Positions 8,542 through 18,343 of a stretch of DNA of 37,352 bases are shown here, piece by piece. The stretch lies in assembly GCA_036339875.1 (NCBI GenBank), contig JAYZAC010000151.1:1-37352 (forward strand), read 5' to 3'. Below the pieces are notes generated by a model. That model worked only from the letters and a program-made list of their open reading frames with translations, had not been told where the DNA came from and ran no database searches. The number at the start of each line of letters is the position of its first letter. Position 1 is the first letter of the stretch. A program made the translations under genes and the position numbers. This DNA is from a bacterium (GTDB taxonomy: Bacteria; Muiribacteriota; UBA6191).

Positions 8542-9998
8542 TATTTATCGTGTAATATCCACTTTTCTGAATCATCAAGAATAAACTCTTGCTCTCGTAA
8601 AACCCCACCAGCATCATTATATGCAATATTTAGCCGACTATTTTCGTTACAAACCATGCTTGGAGAGTACAGTAATTCATGAGCTTTGAGATATTCTTCG
8701 TAAAGATTTAAGGTATTAAAAGTTTGACTAGCTCTATCAAAATCAGATGCATTCAGAACCTTAGCTCGGCAGCCAAAGAATTTAAGAGTTAGACCGGTCT
8801 TACCAAAATAGCTTGGCGCTCCCTTATTCTCTATTTGATAAAGTTCTTCACCATTAGCCTTAATTTTTCGAATAATCAATTTATAACCCCGCCCAAGACG
8901 CCCCTCAATAGCTCGACGAATCCTCCATGCATCAAGCACGAGAGCTTCACCGGGTATACCAAATCTAAAAAAAGCGTAACCCAAGCCTTGCTTAGTACGC
9001 TTTTTTTCAATTGCATTAAGCATCTGAGAAAGTGCTGAACTACTAACAAAATTATATTTCAATTTTGATCCCTTAGGAAAAATTTGATTGGAGAATTGCC
9101 ATCGATCCGTAACTTCATACTCGATAACACGATCTCGACTCAATAGTCCTGATTTAAGACTTTTATTAAATATCAAATTAGGTTTTCCTAGAAAACGATT
9201 CTCACTGGCAATATCTGGACTAACTAATGCCCATGGGACTTGGAGTCGATTATTTTCATCGTAAACTATGCAGTAACTATACGTGGGCACACCAAAAATC
9301 ACTGGTTTACCTAACTTCTCCCAATTTGCTGCAACCTCCGGTAACCATTCCCAATCACTGACTTTCAATGGTTGATTCGAAAAATTACTTCTCTTGTAGT
9401 CATATAACATTGGTATAACAAGATCCACATGGTTCAGAACTTTTTTCATTAATTTTTTCTTATACCAAGAGGACATAGGAGTAATACTTAAAATAGCCTC
9501 GGGAAGCTCTATCCTCAAGCTGGACATTAATCGTTCAAATAAATTGAAATCTATATGCTTGCCCTCAAGATCAATTTGCACACCTTTAACATTTTGATTT
9601 AAGTTATTAAATAAAATGAAGTCCTTTTTTATTACCTCAACAATCCAAGGAATTATTTCATCTGGAATAAGATTTAATTGATTTTTAACGAAAGGATCTA
9701 TTCCACTATTAGCAAAACTGTAAGCTAAGTGAATTTCTTCAAAGCTAGTCAAACCCTTAAACTGTTCTGGAAACCGAAAACTTTTTTTCAAGCGTTTCAC
9801 ACTCGGATGACCACCTGCAGCGCTAAAATGTCCAACTCTATAGAACAAACCATGTATCGGAATTTTTGATAGCTCGATCTGACTACGACTATCGATTTCA
9901 TGTTTGAGATGCCAATGCCAAATGTAATATCTGGGAGATGATGATTTAATCACTTGTATTGACAATATAAATATAATGATAATTTTGAGGATCTTCAT
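8538..9998 (-). CDS. Secreted GH18-like / DUF3142-like TIM-barrel protein
   Basis: Signal peptide from ATG 9998 (MKILKIIIIF). Motifs KGVQIDLEG, VDLVIPMLYDY and KPVIFGVPTY parallel GH18 strands; the FFR motif near the barrel end resembles DUF3142. Confidence 0.6.
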   Translation of the reverse strand: MKILKIIIIFILSIQVIKSSSPRYYIWHWHLKHEIDSRSQIELSKIPIHGLFYRVGHFSAAGGHPSVKRLKKSFRFPEQFKGLTSFEEIHLAYSFANSGIDPFVKNQLNLIPDEIIPWIVEVIKKDFILFNNLNQNVKGVQIDLEGKHIDFNLFERLMSSLRIELPEAILSITPMSSWYKKKLMKKVLNHVDLVIPMLYDYKRSNFSNQPLKVSDWEWLPEVAANWEKLGKPVIFGVPTYSYCIVYDENNRLQVPWALVSPDIASENRFLGKPNLIFNKSLKSGLLSRDRVIEYEVTDRWQFSNQIFPKGSKLKYNFVSSSALSQMLNAIEKKRTKQGLGYAFFRFGIPGEALVLDAWRIRRAIEGRLGRGYKLIIRKIKANGEELYQIENKGAPSYFGKTGLTLKFFGCRAKVLNASDFDRASQTFNTLNLYEEYLKAHELLYSPSMVCNENSRLNIAYNDAGGVLREQEFILDDSEKWILHDKY

Positions 9999-10033
9999 GC
10001 CGGCAAAGTATCTTAGAGCAATACCCTTGTCAA
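9999..10033 (-). promoter_or_regulatory. Sigma70-type promoter, probably giving a leaderless mRNA
   Basis: TTGACA (10033-10028) - 17 nt - TACTTT (10010-10005) - GCCGGC - ATG 9998; no SD. Confidence 0.65.
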
Positions 10034-10080
10034 TAATCATTTGGTTCAATCATCAAAGTTGTCATCTGTGGTCCAATGGT

Positions 10081-10629
10081 ATGCCTGAGAGATTATACTA
10101 TGATCGAATCCTGACTATGACAGCTTGGAAAATTAACCATCTGGATAGGCCGCTTCGAGAACTCAAAAAAATAAGGAAACAAACTCGAAGCACTATAAAA
10201 TGTGATAAAAAGCCATACTTAAAATTATGTAAAAACTTAAGAATAACACCCCGTCAAAAGGCTTTTTTAAATGAATATCTCCTGGATTATCCTCCTCCTA
10301 ATAAATGGATTCACTGGGCAGCACCATTAGAAATTGATGACTATTTAAGAGCGATTACAGATTCTGCAATCGAAGAATATCTGAAAGAAAAATCAAACTT
10401 TCTGAATGATTTTGATCCAGCACTTGTTAAAATGAATGTGCTGTCAGAAAAGTTGGCTCGATTCCTGAAACTAAATTACTCTAGTGGTTCATTTAATCAA
10501 ATTAACGATATTCCGTGGTGGTATTTTTTAATATTATTACTACTCATATTATTGAATATAAGTTTATGCAATGACCAGTATTTAGCTGCCGATACAAAAA
10601 TGAGAGATAAGCTATGTCAGTACTTATAA
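10081..10629 (+). CDS. Hypothetical protein with C-terminal TM helix
   Basis: Open frame with TM segment PWWYFLILLLLILLNISLC. Start moved from 9976 to avoid overlapping the divergent gene and its promoter; 10081 versus 10117 is uncertain. Confidence 0.6.
   Translation: MPERLYYDRILTMTAWKINHLDRPLRELKKIRKQTRSTIKCDKKPYLKLCKNLRITPRQKAFLNEYLLDYPPPNKWIHWAAPLEIDDYLRAITDSAIEEYLKEKSNFLNDFDPALVKMNVLSEKLARFLKLNYSSGSFNQINDIPWWYFLILLLLILLNISLCNDQYLAADTKMRDKLCQYL
10568..10596 (+). promoter_or_regulatory. Candidate sigma28 (FliA/SigD-type) promoter for the receiver-domain gene
   Basis: GCAA - 16 nt - GCCGATAC (10588-10595), ending 18 nt before ATG 10614; the -35 element is weak. Confidence 0.3.
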
Positions 10630-10994
10630 TAGAAGATGAAGAAATTGTAGGACATACTCTGAAACAATTGATCAAACTTCGCTATGATACGAAGGTTACT
10701 ACAGCCGAGACCATAGAGATTGCCCGACAAACTCTGAAAAATGAATTATTTGATTTATTGATTGTAGACTACAATTTACCGGATGGTACGGGATATGGTC
10801 TACTTTGTGAACTAGCTCATGAATTAAATTGGCTAAAGGAAACCACCCTGATTTTCATTAGTGGCGTTTCTTACGTAGATTTAACTCCAGAGTTTCGAGA
10901 ATCTGTCAAAATCTTTAAAAATTTACATGTTCGGAATAAACCTATGAGTGCAGATGATCTCTATCAGATTGCAGATCTTGTACTATCTTCATGA
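10614..10994 (+). CDS. Single-domain response regulator (CheY-like receiver)
   Basis: VLIIEDE, FDLLIVDYNLPDGTG (phospho-Asp), IFISG and KP motifs. Confidence 0.92.
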   Translation: MSVLIIEDEEIVGHTLKQLIKLRYDTKVTTAETIEIARQTLKNELFDLLIVDYNLPDGTGYGLLCELAHELNWLKETTLIFISGVSYVDLTPEFRESVKIFKNLHVRNKPMSADDLYQIADLVLSS

Positions 10995-11004
10995 GGATAC
11001 CAGA

Positions 11005-11415
11005 CTAACCCCAATTTGATGGCGATACATCCTGACCATAACTAAACTCTACCCAACGTTTTTCGGGATCTTGTGTCATACATACGTAGCCAGTATTCTT
11101 ATCCACAAAGACGGGTTTCGTAGCATTAATACCGGCCTGGATTAACTTTTCATAAATAAGATCTACTTCTAGACGAGAAGAGAGTTCAAAACCAAAATGT
11201 CTTAACATACTTTCACTAACGGAGTCTGAAGAATTACACTCCAGTGATTCAACTAAAACCAAAACTGGACCGCTTCTGTCAGAAGAGATTAACCAAGTGA
11301 CTCTTCTACCTTTATCGACTCGATCTTTAATGACATTCATCTGGCAGAAATCTAGATAAAATTGTAGAGTCTCATGCAATTTTTTTGTTTCTAAAGCACA
11401 ATGAGTCCATTTCAT
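11005..11415 (-). CDS. VOC/glyoxalase-family protein
   Basis: THCALET...FY..F, RHFGFE and DPE...VEF metal-ligand pattern. Confidence 0.88.
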   Translation of the reverse strand: MKWTHCALETKKLHETLQFYLDFCQMNVIKDRVDKGRRVTWLISSDRSGPVLVLVESLECNSSDSVSESMLRHFGFELSSRLEVDLIYEKLIQAGINATKPVFVDKNTGYVCMTQDPEKRWVEFSYGQDVSPSNWG

Positions 11416-11429
11416 AAAGGAGAATCCTT

Positions 11430-11957
11430 ATGTCCAAAGTCATAGTTTTCGGTGCGAGCGCAACTGAAACTTGGGAACCAATATACCAAGAGGCCATTTT
11501 ATTAGGTAAAAAACTCGCCATGTACGGTCATGAAGTTTGGAATGGGGGGTACTTTGGTCTAATGGGAGCTGTTAGCCGAGGTGCATTTTCTGAAGGGGGA
11601 GTAGTTGTGGGCGTAACGTCTAAAACCTTCAGTTTTAGATCAGGTGAAAATCCTTGGTTAAGTAGAAAAATAGAAGCTGATGATAGTATACAACGACTAA
11701 AAATAATGCTTACAGAATGTGATATCGCTATCGCTCTTCCTGGTAGTATAGGTACATTAAATGAAATATTGATGCTCTTAACTCTATGGAAAGTACGCGA
11801 AATCAAAATGCCCTTAATTGCTTGGAAAAGTACTTATATGAATCTACTCAATCATTTAAATCAAAATCAATATTTAGACTCTGAAGCACTATCGAAGATA
11901 TTTTTTGTGGATAACACCAAGGATATATTTGAACGTAATCTTATTATGAGCGTGTAA
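11430..11957 (+). CDS. LOG-family nucleotide phosphoribohydrolase (lysine decarboxylase-like Rossmann fold)
   Basis: GGYFGLMGAVSRGA, conserved R in RLKIM, and PGSIGTLNE (variant of PGGxGTxxE). Confidence 0.9.
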   Translation: MSKVIVFGASATETWEPIYQEAILLGKKLAMYGHEVWNGGYFGLMGAVSRGAFSEGGVVVGVTSKTFSFRSGENPWLSRKIEADDSIQRLKIMLTECDIAIALPGSIGTLNEILMLLTLWKVREIKMPLIAWKSTYMNLLNHLNQNQYLDSEALSKIFFVDNTKDIFERNLIMSV

Positions 11958-12053
11958 TTTTGACTTTATATTCAGAAAATGGTTTTTTTTAGAATCATTA
12001 TAGGATAGACTGCGCCAGAAGATCGATTTGGTGCCGAATGGAAGGATTGGAGC

Positions 12054-12284
12054 ATGTCATTAAAACGCTTTCAAGTTAAAGACGAAGAGGGAAAATTATG
12101 CTCCAGTAAATGCTGGGTAAAAGATTCTGTTGGAGGTTACCAAATCGGAATAGAAATTCTTAGCAAAGGTGTTCGTTACGAAGGTTTCTCTGACGCCAGT
12201 TGCGAGCAAATTGCTTGGTATGACGTGCGGAGTCAATTAACCGAGCTAGGTTACAAAATTATCGAAGATGTACACGAGTACTAA
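12054..12284 (+). CDS. Hypothetical 76-aa protein
   Basis: ATG with SD GGAAGGA at 7 nt spacing; co-oriented with cysS. Confidence 0.7.
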   Translation: MSLKRFQVKDEEGKLCSSKCWVKDSVGGYQIGIEILSKGVRYEGFSDASCEQIAWYDVRSQLTELGYKIIEDVHEY

Positions 12285-12333
12285 GTAACTTTAGAAGTGT
12301 AGTTTCTACCAGTATGAAATTTTGGGGGACATA

Positions 12334-13836
12334 ATGTCCATAACTCCAGAAATAAAAATAACCAATACCCTCACGAATAGTAAGGAAGTCTTCAAACCGA
12401 TACAAGATGGTGAGGTTTCCATCTACGCTTGTGGAGTTACAGTCTATGATTTGTGTCATCTCGGACATGCAATGCAAGCGATCATTTACGATACCATCGT
12501 AAGGTACCTGCGCTATAGAAATTTTCAAGTAAATTATGTTCGAAACTATACTGATGTAGATGACAAAATAATTGATCGTGCCAAAGAGCGGGGCATTAGT
12601 CCCCTAGAGCTATCAAACGAAATGATCAAAGCTTGTGACGACGATTTGGCATCTGTGGGTGTTCAACCTGCAAGTAGTCAACCAAAAGTTAGTGATTACA
12701 TTCCAGAAATAATTAGTTATATAAAAACTCTCATTGAAAAGGGCTACGCCTATTCCACAGAGAAGGGTGATGTTTATTACGAGGTCAGGAAAAAATCTGA
12801 CTACGGTAAATTGTCTAATCAAAAAATTGAACAATTGAGATCCGGACAAAGAATACTTAGTGATGATGAAAATGTGAAAAATGATCCCCTTGACTTTGCA
12901 TTGTGGAAATCCAGTAAAGTTGAGGGTGCTAGTTGGGAATCACCCTGGGGCTTAGGAAGACCAGGATGGCACATTGAATGCTCAGTAATGTCATCTCAGT
13001 TACTCGGTAATCATTTTGATATTCATGGAGGCGGACGTGATCTCGTTTTTCCTCATCATGAAAATGAAGTTGCTCAATCAGAAGCCTACAGCTATCCAGA
13101 TTGTCATTATGCCAACTATTGGATGCACTCAGGATTATTGACTATGAACAGTCAAAAAATGTCAAAATCGACAGGCAATTTTTTAACTATTCGAGACGCT
13201 CTGAAGAAATACGATTTCGAAGTAATCCGATATAATGTATTTCAAGTTCATTACTCCAGTAATGTAGACTTTAATGCAGAAAAGTTTGGATTAGCTCTGA
13301 AACGTATCTACTATTTTTACAAAACTATTTATCGTGTCAATAATCTACTAAATTCGAGTCATGATGCTCCCCAAAAAATTCTTCCAGAATTAGACATCGT
13401 TAAACTTGAAGAACGATTCCACGATGCGATGGACGATGACTTTAACATGCCTAGAGCCTTTGTGGTTATTCAGGAAATCTTCAGCCAGATCAATGAGATT
13501 TTAGATCGTAAGGGAGTCAAACCCAAAAACAAAGTGTACAGCCTTAAAAAATTAAAAGAAATTGCTATCAAATTTCTCGATATTTTTGGTCTTGTGCAGC
13601 GACCACCTGAGAAATTCTTTAAGCAAATTTACCAACGCTTAGTGGAAAGCAGAGGGCTGGATTCGAAGAGGGTAGACTTCTTATTAAACGCTAGGGTCAA
13701 AGCTAGAGAGGCTAAAGATTACGAGGAGTCAGATCGCTTACGCGATGAATTGCTGCAATTGGGTTTACAAGTGCAGGATACACCCAAAGGACAACTTTGG
13801 GAGGTATCTGAAGAGGCACTATACAGTTTATGCTAA
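12334..13836 (+). CDS. cysS: Cysteine--tRNA ligase
   Basis: YACGVTVYD, CHLGH (HIGH), DFALWK, GRPGWHIECS, DIHGGGRDLVFPHHENE, KMSKS and the anticodon domain with SDRLRDEL. ATG 12334 follows SD GGGGG. Confidence 0.98.
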   Translation: MSITPEIKITNTLTNSKEVFKPIQDGEVSIYACGVTVYDLCHLGHAMQAIIYDTIVRYLRYRNFQVNYVRNYTDVDDKIIDRAKERGISPLELSNEMIKACDDDLASVGVQPASSQPKVSDYIPEIISYIKTLIEKGYAYSTEKGDVYYEVRKKSDYGKLSNQKIEQLRSGQRILSDDENVKNDPLDFALWKSSKVEGASWESPWGLGRPGWHIECSVMSSQLLGNHFDIHGGGRDLVFPHHENEVAQSEAYSYPDCHYANYWMHSGLLTMNSQKMSKSTGNFLTIRDALKKYDFEVIRYNVFQVHYSSNVDFNAEKFGLALKRIYYFYKTIYRVNNLLNSSHDAPQKILPELDIVKLEERFHDAMDDDFNMPRAFVVIQEIFSQINEILDRKGVKPKNKVYSLKKLKEIAIKFLDIFGLVQRPPEKFFKQIYQRLVESRGLDSKRVDFLLNARVKAREAKDYEESDRLRDELLQLGLQVQDTPKGQLWEVSEEALYSLC

Positions 13837-13866
13837 GCACTCCTCCCGATAGTAGGGAGAAATGTT

Positions 13867-14478
13867 ATCAAATTTGAGATTAAAGATTTTATCATCGCGA
13901 TACAAGCGCTAGTAATAGTTTACTTAATCTATAAAGATTGGTTCGTTGAATGGCGCCGTCTGAAACGAATCAAAAAATCTGGAGATTACGGAGAAAGATT
14001 AGTTTCGGAGTACTTAGATGACATGGAGGACGTCTTTGAAGTCTATCACGGGATTCGAGGAGAATATGATCATCAACATTTTGAAATTGATCATTTATTA
14101 CTGACTCATCAAGGCATAGTGCTTATTGAAACCAAAAATATCCGTGGTACGATAATTTCTAGGCGAAATGGTTGGTGCCAAATTAAGAGAAGCGAAGCTG
14201 GAAAAACCTATGAACGTGAATTTAAGAGTCCAATTTATCAAGTTGAACGTACAGCTCGAATTTTCGAGTCAATGATTAAAGAAAAAGGGTTCCGAGTAAA
14301 AGTTGTGCCGATGGTTGTATTTTCGAATCGAGATGTTGAGCTGAAACTACCGACTCAAAAATATCCAGTTTTGCAGCTATATGAACTAGATTCAGTAGTC
14401 AATGACATTTCACGAGATGTCCCATTAACCACAAGAAATCTTCGTAAACTTAAAAAAATATTAGATGACAACTTTTAG
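13867..14478 (+). CDS. Membrane-anchored NERD-domain nuclease; probable non-canonical ATC start
   Basis: GDYGE, EIDHLLL, GIVLIETKN and SPIYQ motifs. The GxxGE motif and TM helix lie upstream of the first ATG (14023). SD GGGAG is 7 nt before ATC 13867. Family is confident; the start is less so. Confidence 0.8.
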   Translation: MKFEIKDFIIAIQALVIVYLIYKDWFVEWRRLKRIKKSGDYGERLVSEYLDDMEDVFEVYHGIRGEYDHQHFEIDHLLLTHQGIVLIETKNIRGTIISRRNGWCQIKRSEAGKTYEREFKSPIYQVERTARIFESMIKEKGFRVKVVPMVVFSNRDVELKLPTQKYPVLQLYELDSVVNDISRDVPLTTRNLRKLKKILDDNF

Positions 14479-14501
14479 ACTGGAGTCTGCACCATAATCA
14501 T

Positions 14502-14531
14502 AAAAGCCCACTAGAAAAATCTGGTGGGCTT
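14502..14531 (-). terminator. Intrinsic terminator between the convergent NERD gene and tRNA-Val (possibly bidirectional)
   Basis: Inverted repeat AAGCCCACTAGA-AAAA-TCTGGTGGGCTT with one imperfect pair; T-run on the minus strand. Confidence 0.8.
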
Positions 14532-14538
14532 CTAAAAA

Positions 14539-14610
<72 letters not shown>

Positions 14611-14612
<2 letters not shown>

Positions 14613-15072
14613 AAAAATTAACAAAATTTTCGACATCCATGAGGATTTTTGAAATTTGTTGGAATTTTACAATGTTTCCCACCTTAATGGAAGTCATTAA
14701 TTGATGTTGCTGAACACTCTTTTCGTGCAGTAACAACTGGACCCCAGCTTCCTCTAACTGTCGTAGACTTTCAACACCCTCAACCATACATTCATTGGTA
14801 CATAGAAATACTGCTGCATCTAGAAAAATGATATATCTAGGTTTCTCCCGAGAACTGCTAAGACTCAGTAATAAGTTTTCCAAGAGCTGATACCCTTGAT
14901 CTCCTTGACCCCATTTACAGGAGGTAAAGCACAAGGCAGTGTTCTTGATTAAAACCGGTTTCTCTGGATCACCATCATAATTTAGATTGTGCTCAGCCAT
15001 CTTTATATAAAATGGAGAATCTTCTTCAGTGGTAGGTGAATCGCCTAGTGGTTTCGTTTGAGACTGGCCCAT
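14611..15072 (-). CDS. DsrE-like protein (resembles the C-terminal domain of YedF), lacking the usual CxxC
   Basis: WGQGDQGYQLLENLL...PRYIIFLDAAVFL...LRQLEEAGVQLL...KVGNI pattern. Confidence 0.7.
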
Positions 15073-15124
15073 ACCACAGTGTACCAGAACGTATAAAGCT
15101 TTTGGTTCTCAAACTAAATATTTA

Positions 15125-15649
15125 TTAATCAAAAAGGGGCATCTCACTTACAAAATATGGATCGAATAACAAATCTAAGGCTTTTCGAAAAGCTCTCATA
15201 CGAACTCTGCGTGGACTCTCAGCCCACCCTAAGATCAGATTTTCCAACTTTCGACCTTTGATTGAGTTTGCCCATACTTCTCGATTAGTCTGATTATCGA
15301 TAATTCTAGCTGAAAGTCGAGCTTCGCCAATATCTCGTCGTTTACCGGTAAATGGCCAAATTAAAAAAGGTCGAATACCTTCAGGTTTATTCTTAACAGA
15401 ATGCACAGTAACGTGAATTCTAACATCAGCATCATCTTTGTGTGGTGTATGACGATAACCATAACGGTTAAATTCATCTTGTATGAAGTCTTTGACAGGT
15501 TCGATAAACATCTCTTCGGACCAAATATCGTCAAGATAGTAAGTACGCATTTCGCCTCTGAGAGAATATGAATAAGCGTTAATTGAAGGCAATGCCACAA
15601 TAGCTAATAGCATCATCCAAAATATTTTTTGTACTCTTAAGATATTCAT
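15125..15649 (-). CDS. Hypothetical secreted protein
   Basis: Signal peptide ending INA-Y; alpha/beta pattern DADVRIHVTV...LSARIIDNQTNREVW; SD GGGAG. Confidence 0.8.
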   Translation of the reverse strand: MNILRVQKIFWMMLLAIVALPSINAYSYSLRGEMRTYYLDDIWSEEMFIEPVKDFIQDEFNRYGYRHTPHKDDADVRIHVTVHSVKNKPEGIRPFLIWPFTGKRRDIGEARLSARIIDNQTNREVWANSIKGRKLENLILGWAESPRRVRMRAFRKALDLLFDPYFVSEMPLFD

Positions 15650-15677
15650 ATAGACTCCCAGTCAACTCACCAATATA

Positions 15678-15706
15678 TTCATCGGCTTTCCATAGAGTCA
15701 GCTTGA
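15678..15706 (-). promoter_or_regulatory. Candidate sigma28 (FliA/SigD-type) promoter
   Basis: TCAAG (15706-15702) - 15 nt - GCCGATGAA (15686-15678), in the intergenic region upstream of the SD of the 15649 gene. Confidence 0.5.
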
Positions 15707-15770
15707 GTCTTTAATGATTAAGCAATTACAAAATATATCACTTCAAATTTTAAAAGAATTTTTCACACGA

Positions 15771-18341
15771 CTAATTTGATAAAGGACTTACCACCTGTAT
15801 AAAAGGCTCTGTAAGATAATTTCTGGCGAACTCACCTAGATCTTTTAATTTGACTGCATGAATGTTTGATTCATACTGTTCAAGATATTCTAACGTCAAA
15901 CCTTTACTCAAAGTATTTCCTACTAATGCAGTACGATCAAATAAAGTTTCTTGAGCGAAGGCAAATTTCGATATCACTAGCTTCTTAGCTTTTTCAAGTT
16001 CAGATACATCCGCACCATCATTCTGCAAATCGATAATTTCTTTACGAAAATCTTCAATTGCTGCATCTACTCGTCCGGGTTCTGTACCTAAAAAGCTGAA
16101 CAAAATCCCATAATTCATATAAGCAAGATAACGACTTCCAATTTCATAACCGTAACTTTTCTCATCTCGCATATTCCTAAAATAGCGACTACTCATTCCT
16201 CCACCCAGAATTTCATTAACAATTAGACCTACAAAATAATCTGCATCTTTCTGACCTGGAACAGCATAACAAGGCATCAAGTAAGCTTGTTCCTTTGGAT
16301 TTTGCACAGAATTCAATTTCCCCAATACTGGACTACGGAAAGTGCTTGGAACTTTAGACTCAGCTATTTCAAGTTCCAGAGTACCCAATTTTGATTCAAG
16401 ATTTCGGTGAATGATAGGTATCATGTCCTCAACGGAGTTTGGTCCCGATAAACTGAGTACAATATTTCCAGGGGTGTAAAGAATTGCATATAACTCTTCA
16501 ACATCCTTTCTTTTGATTTGCTCGATGCTTTCCAAATCACCAGTAAAAGCAGATGCGTAAGGATGATCGCCAAAATAACTTTTGAGAAGATGATCCATGC
16601 AATAACTAGAAAGTGAATCTCTCTTTGCACGAATTTCCATTCGTATGAGTGACAAACATTTATCCCACTCTATTTGCGGAAAAATAGCCTCACTAAAAAA
16701 TTTACCAAATATCTCTATGCCTTGTTCGAAGCTTTCAGAGGGACATTGTAAAAAATTACAATAGTTTTCACGGCGGGTTCTCGAGTCGGAGCATATTGTT
16801 CCATATCTCGCTCCAATTCCGTCTAAAATATTTGTAATCTGCTCCTGTGAAAGACTAACGCTACCTCGTGAAATAAGTCTCTGCAATAAATTTCCAGTTC
16901 CTGCCGGAAATCGACTTGTGAGCTCCGAAAAGTTTTTAACATATACGTAACAAGAAGATGTAGACTCCATTTCGTTTTGCTGATAATAAGCTTGAAGACC
17001 AGAAGCAAACGTAACATGATATAAAGAAGGCTTTAATTCATGGACTGCGTAATCAAGTTTGCTAGATTTAGAATTGGCTGAGACCTTCAATGGCTCAGAA
17101 CCACCTTCAGGTAACATTTGTATTCGGTTAGGCTCTTCACTCATGTATTTCTCTATTACCCTGATGATATCTTCAAGCCTTACAGAATCAATCATTTGCT
17201 CGTATTTTCTACAGAATTCTAACTGGTTCATACTGGTGTAAAAACCTAAACTTTGAGCTCGGTCAGACATTTTTTGCCAACGATATCTACACTCTATTTT
17301 TTCGATCTTCTTTGCCCTGTACAACTCTTCTCGACTGACGTAAAACTTACGCAAACGAGTTAACTCCTCTTCAATCGCTATGTGATAATCACTCCAAGCT
17401 TCCTCTTTCACAACTGAATGAATAAATATAGGCGCTTTTTCAATCGAGGTATAAACTCCAAAAGATAGTCCTTCTACCAATTCTCTTTCTTCCTTCAAAG
17501 ACCTAATCCAACGAGAACTTCTACCGTCCGTAAGAATAGTAGCAAGGAGGTCTAGAGCCATTATGTCGGATACATTTTCACGATCGGGACCCAAGAAGGT
17601 CATAGCTGAATAACTACGTTGTGTTCTTGCACTAAAAACACGTTTACTAGGCAAGTTAGTTACAGGTCGCGTTGCATACTGTTCGCAGTCATTAGGGCTT
17701 TTCAAGCCTCCATAATCTAACTGAATTTTTTCCAATATATTTTCAGTTTCAAAGTTTCCAACGACCACAACTGTCATATTTTTTGGATGGTAGTGGGAAT
17801 TATAATAATTGCGAATTGTATCAACAGATACTGTTTCAATAATCTCTTTATAACCTAAAACAGGATGTCTGTAGGGGTGATCACCATATGTTTCCTCCAT
17901 ACAAGCGTAGTAAAATTGATTCTGTGGGCTATCTAAACTCCTATCAATCTCTGCTAAAACGACTTCGCGTTCTTTATCTGTTTCATTGGGATCAAAAAGC
18001 GGCTTGAGAAGCATATCAGTTTGGATCTCATACATATCTTCCAAAACTGAACCGGGCCCAACAGCGTAATAAAAAGTATAATCTTTGGAAGTTGCTGCAT
18101 TATTGAAAGCTCCAATTTCATTCAATCGGCGGTCGATCTCTCCCGCTATCATAGTCTCGCTACCCTTAAAGAATAAATGTTCTATGAAATGAGATAGCCC
18201 TCGAGTATTTTCTTCCTCAAATCTTGAACCTACTCGATACCATACTTGAAACGTAGCTAGTGGATGCTCTTTTTCAGGTAAAAGTAGAATACGCAATCCA
18301 TTCTCGAGTGTATACTCTTGGAGCTTATCAAACATTTTCAT
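15771..18341 (-). CDS. M16B (pitrilysin/insulinase family) zinc protease, fused two-half form
   Basis: YTLENGLRI, GSRFE..GLSHFIEHLFFKGS (HxxEH), NAATSKDYT; inactive second half with R/Y pair RDEKSYGY. ATG 18341 follows SD GAGGA. Confidence 0.95.
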   Translation of the reverse strand: MKMFDKLQEYTLENGLRILLLPEKEHPLATFQVWYRVGSRFEEENTRGLSHFIEHLFFKGSETMIAGEIDRRLNEIGAFNNAATSKDYTFYYAVGPGSVLEDMYEIQTDMLLKPLFDPNETDKEREVVLAEIDRSLDSPQNQFYYACMEETYGDHPYRHPVLGYKEIIETVSVDTIRNYYNSHYHPKNMTVVVVGNFETENILEKIQLDYGGLKSPNDCEQYATRPVTNLPSKRVFSARTQRSYSAMTFLGPDRENVSDIMALDLLATILTDGRSSRWIRSLKEERELVEGLSFGVYTSIEKAPIFIHSVVKEEAWSDYHIAIEEELTRLRKFYVSREELYRAKKIEKIECRYRWQKMSDRAQSLGFYTSMNQLEFCRKYEQMIDSVRLEDIIRVIEKYMSEEPNRIQMLPEGGSEPLKVSANSKSSKLDYAVHELKPSLYHVTFASGLQAYYQQNEMESTSSCYVYVKNFSELTSRFPAGTGNLLQRLISRGSVSLSQEQITNILDGIGARYGTICSDSRTRRENYCNFLQCPSESFEQGIEIFGKFFSEAIFPQIEWDKCLSLIRMEIRAKRDSLSSYCMDHLLKSYFGDHPYASAFTGDLESIEQIKRKDVEELYAILYTPGNIVLSLSGPNSVEDMIPIIHRNLESKLGTLELEIAESKVPSTFRSPVLGKLNSVQNPKEQAYLMPCYAVPGQKDADYFVGLIVNEILGGGMSSRYFRNMRDEKSYGYEIGSRYLAYMNYGILFSFLGTEPGRVDAAIEDFRKEIIDLQNDGADVSELEKAKKLVISKFAFAQETLFDRTALVGNTLSKGLTLEYLEQYESNIHAVKLKDLGEFARNYLTEPFIQVVSPLSN

Positions 18342-18343
18342 AA

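Noticed and set aside
9976..10080. Head-to-head overlap of ORFs 9976..10629 and 8538..10049
   Set aside because: An artefact of longest-ORF calling; the signal peptide and promoter place the minus start at 9998, and later ATGs exist for the plus gene.
12013..12035. Small G-U-rich hairpin GCGCCAGA..TTTGGTGC upstream of the 76-aa gene and cysS
   Set aside because: Too short and weak; no T-box or riboswitch features seen.
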